Below are positions 24,261-27,084 of a stretch of 27,084 nt of DNA, piece after piece. Below the pieces are notes generated by a model that did not search any database, was not told the DNA's origin, and worked only from the letters and a program-made list of their open reading frames with translations. Source of the stretch: Vitrella brassicaformis CCMP3155 (Eukaryota; Protista; Chromerida); NCBI GenBank assembly GCA_001179505.1, contig CDMY01000725.1, forward strand, positions 1 to 27,084. Reading direction: 5' to 3'. How positions within the stretch are numbered: position 1 is the first letter of the stretch; each line of letters begins with the position of its first letter. A program made the translations under genes and the position numbers.

Positions 24261-25054
24261 ACGTCACTCAGAGCTGTCTGGCGGTTTCGCACACTGCGAG
24301 GTCACCGTACAAGCAGAGGTATAGTTTACACGGTTCCGAAAGGCTGTGACGCAAGGACCACAATCGCAGCGGGCTTGATTTCGCCAATCTGTGAAGCTTC
24401 AAGGTCATCGAGCCGGCGGGACAGCTGTCCACTCAAGTCTCGGTAGCTATCCAGCCTCGGGAGTCTCACCCACAAATAGATACACGCAACATACACGAAA
24501 ATAAATAGTGCGCATAGCACGGCCGACGGGCCCACAGAGGTCTAGGACGGGCAGACAGTCTATACGTATGCATCTTTGCATTGAGAACTGACGCTGTTTG
24601 ACGAGGCGAGCAGGCAAACCATGCACAGCCAAGAATTCAACAGGTACGCACCCAACTTCTGTCTCTCATGGACAGGCACGACGTAGGCAGCCGGGCGAGC
24701 AACGAACACTCGAGCTCGAGCCGGTGAGGTCCACTCTTGGTGTTCGCTGCGAAAGAGTGTGCCAGCCTCCGAAGAGGCGCTCAGCACTGTGTAAAGTAGA
24801 ATGGATCGCCGTTTCGTCCGTCTCGCTGCAGAGGCATTTGGCCACTGGGTGGAGCAAATGATTTAGTTCGTAAGGAAACTCGCCAAGAGGAAGCCCCGCC
24901 TCTGCGCCATCCCCGCCGCCGAAGGCACATCGTCCAGTAAGAACACCATCAACCATTGGGGCCGGCTCCTGTCCATAGAGCTGGTAAAACCCGACCCGGA
25001 CTTTCCCCTGCCTGCCGCGGAGCAACATCTATCTGGTCTCGTGGGGTCGTCCGT

Positions 25055-26179
25055 TCACGCCATGTACTTCACGACGTATCTCTCGACCTTGACCTTCTTG
25101 ATGGAGCCGATCATCCAGAACCTGAATAGATGGCAGGCAACACACATACAGACGTGGAACGTACAGACGTGGATGCTCAAGGGGCGCAAAGCGAGTCGTT
25201 CCATCCATTCTATTGTCTGCTCACACAGTGCCGTCCGGGTCTTCTGGTTCTTTTGTCACGCTCCCGCCCTCGAACTTGCACACGCTCTCGATGATGTCTC
25301 CGACAGTGATGCCGCGGCCCTGCATGACACAAACACACATACACACAAGGCAGCCTTACACTAACTGTGCCTCTGTGCTGTGCTGTGTATGGCGTGTAAG
25401 CCCGCAGGGCCTACCGGCTGTGATTCGACGATGGGCAGCGTGAATTCGGTGGGCGAGTGATAGACCCTGTTGAATGCGTCTCCTACGCGCAGACAGACAA
25501 ACACACACGAGATCGTACAGCCCAAACATCTGTGCACGTAAGCGTGTGTGTGGCGTGGGTGTCTGCCTGACAACCTCCTGTAGCGTGTGTGTGGCGTGGG
25601 TGTCTGCCTGACAACCTCCTAATAGGTTGTTTGTGAGCAGCATCGACGGGTATGGGTACACCACCTCAGTCCACTCCTCCTTCGTGAAGCCGATGGAGTC
25701 CTTGTATGCCTGGGCCTTCTCGTCCTCCGTGGCGCCGCCGTAGATGGCGGCTCGGAGTTTGGGCTCCTGGACGCCGCGCCCGGAGCTCCCAACGGACGGT
25801 GCCGGCCTCTTCCAGGAGATCGTCCAGCTCGAGCTTGTCGGGCTCGTCGGGCCGACTGTTGTTCTGCTCGGCGCCTCTGAGCTCCACCAACACCTGCCCT
25901 CCAGCAGTGACATACATACATACAAACGCGACGCCAGCCATGCCAACCAATCAACCCACACCCTCACACACCTTCTGCAGACGGCTCTCGCAGAACTCCT
26001 TGGTCTTGTTGTACTCTGCATACACGGTATGCAAACCACAATAACACATACAGAGCAGGCGTACATGGACAGCTTCCTTGATCGCTCGCGCGCTGACCTG
26101 ATGTGATGGCATCGTGACGTGAGTTGTACTTGCCCACTGCGGCCTTGATAGCCGCGAGCTCCTTGCTGATTTCAGTCAA
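25055..26179 (-). pseudogene. Multi-exon gene of unknown family with a frameshift and an internal 41-bp duplication
   Basis: GT-AG exons 26179-26098 and 26015-25972, then from ~25895 (VLVELRGAEQ...EAGTVRWELRAR / QEPKLRAAIYGG...WTEVVYPYP, frameshift near 25770), with later exons down to ...KKVKVERYVVKYMA* at 25055. A tandem duplication lies at 25541-25620. Confidence 0.5.
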
Positions 26180-26211
26180 CTGGTCACACAAAGGGAGGCA
26201 CAATGTGTGCG

Positions 26212-26620
26212 TTAACCTCTGACTACTAAATAGCATTTTTCAGATGTAACATGATGACTTTCAAATCTATAATCCCTACGAAACTCTAACCATTGTCTAT
26301 ACGATGTTATGATCATACTTTCTTCGTAAAGTGCTTTCTGCAAAAACTTGCCATACAATGAATTCATTAATAGTTTATATAGTGATCTCTTAGCTTTTTC
26401 TCCTTCTCTTACTGCTTGCTGCTTCAACTCATATGATGGTTTTATGTATGATGTAAGAATATTTCTTGTTTTATCCAAGACATGGCATTCTTTCCCTTCA
26501 ACAAAACTAATTGTGTATCCGCAACTTAAAGCATCTTCTATTTGAATACTTGTATAATATCCACTTCCTTTATGCAAATCCCAAACTAATCCATCATCTT
26601 TTCGTGCTAATATGTGATAC
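26212..26620 (-). mobile_element. polB: Fragment of a protein-primed family B DNA polymerase (Polinton/virophage/linear-plasmid type)
   Basis: GYYTSIQIEDALSCGYTISFVEG...YIKPSYELKQQA...KRSLYKLLMNSLYGKFLQK contains PolB motif B (KxxxNSxYGKF) with pPolB-like upstream context. The segment is visibly AT-rich compared with its flanks and has no introns. Confidence 0.85.
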
Positions 26621-27084
26621 GTTGGCGTATCCTCTCCTCTGTGCCTGTCTGGGTGTGTGTGATGTGCGTGATAAGACCGAGGCAGACAGACAAACAGACA
26701 GAAGAGAAGCACCAACGCGCCACCGCCCTCTCTGTACGTGCGGGTGAAGTGTGAGAGAGAGGGGTGACTGGCTCTAGTGGTGGTGAATAGGTGGGTGATG
26801 AGGTGGATGATGTGATGGACCCTCAAGACGAGTAACACGGGGTCAGCGTGTGTGGCTCACGTTGTCTTCTCTCCGAGGGGAGGGGAGGAGGACCCTTGAC
26901 GTGCGTAACACTCCACGTAGTCCACGGCGACGCAACACGACACTCACGGCAACGCAACACCACAAGACGCAACACAGAACAAGCCGAAGGGCGGACGCAC
27001 CACAAGGGGGGATCGCTGATGTGTCCTCTGACGGCTTAGCTAGCAGCGCTGGCTATATTGGCTAACTTGCTCAACCACGACATG

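Overview
Intron-rich, GC-rich eukaryotic DNA. The apicomplexan-type TrxR C-terminus, short microsatellite-filled GT-AG introns and 'GAF/ASAF' bipartite leaders point to a chromerid/colpodellid alveolate such as Vitrella (inference). Left third: a minus-strand multi-exon chimera (secretory leader, DxD glycosyltransferase-like segment, Cys/His metallothionein-like cassettes, WCVAC thioredoxin) sits head-to-head with a leader-bearing Plasmodium-type thioredoxin reductase whose catalytic His is Gln. These are followed by a plastid-targeted membrane protein and a decayed ZIP (ZupT/GufA) metal transporter. Middle: a telomere-like hairpin, a ~1 kb duplication across a gap (probably artefact), a 4-TM protein gene, and a ~60-bp satellite array with a fold-back inversion. 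Right: satellite mixed with gene relics (USP fragment, an inverted pair of coding relics, decayed ORFs) and an AT-rich protein-primed DNA polymerase B fragment. Most genes carry small lesions, often short tandem duplications, so much of the window may be a decaying duplicate region or an imperfect assembly. Four 300-N gaps are present. No rRNA, tRNA or CRISPR was recognised. All exon models were traced by hand.
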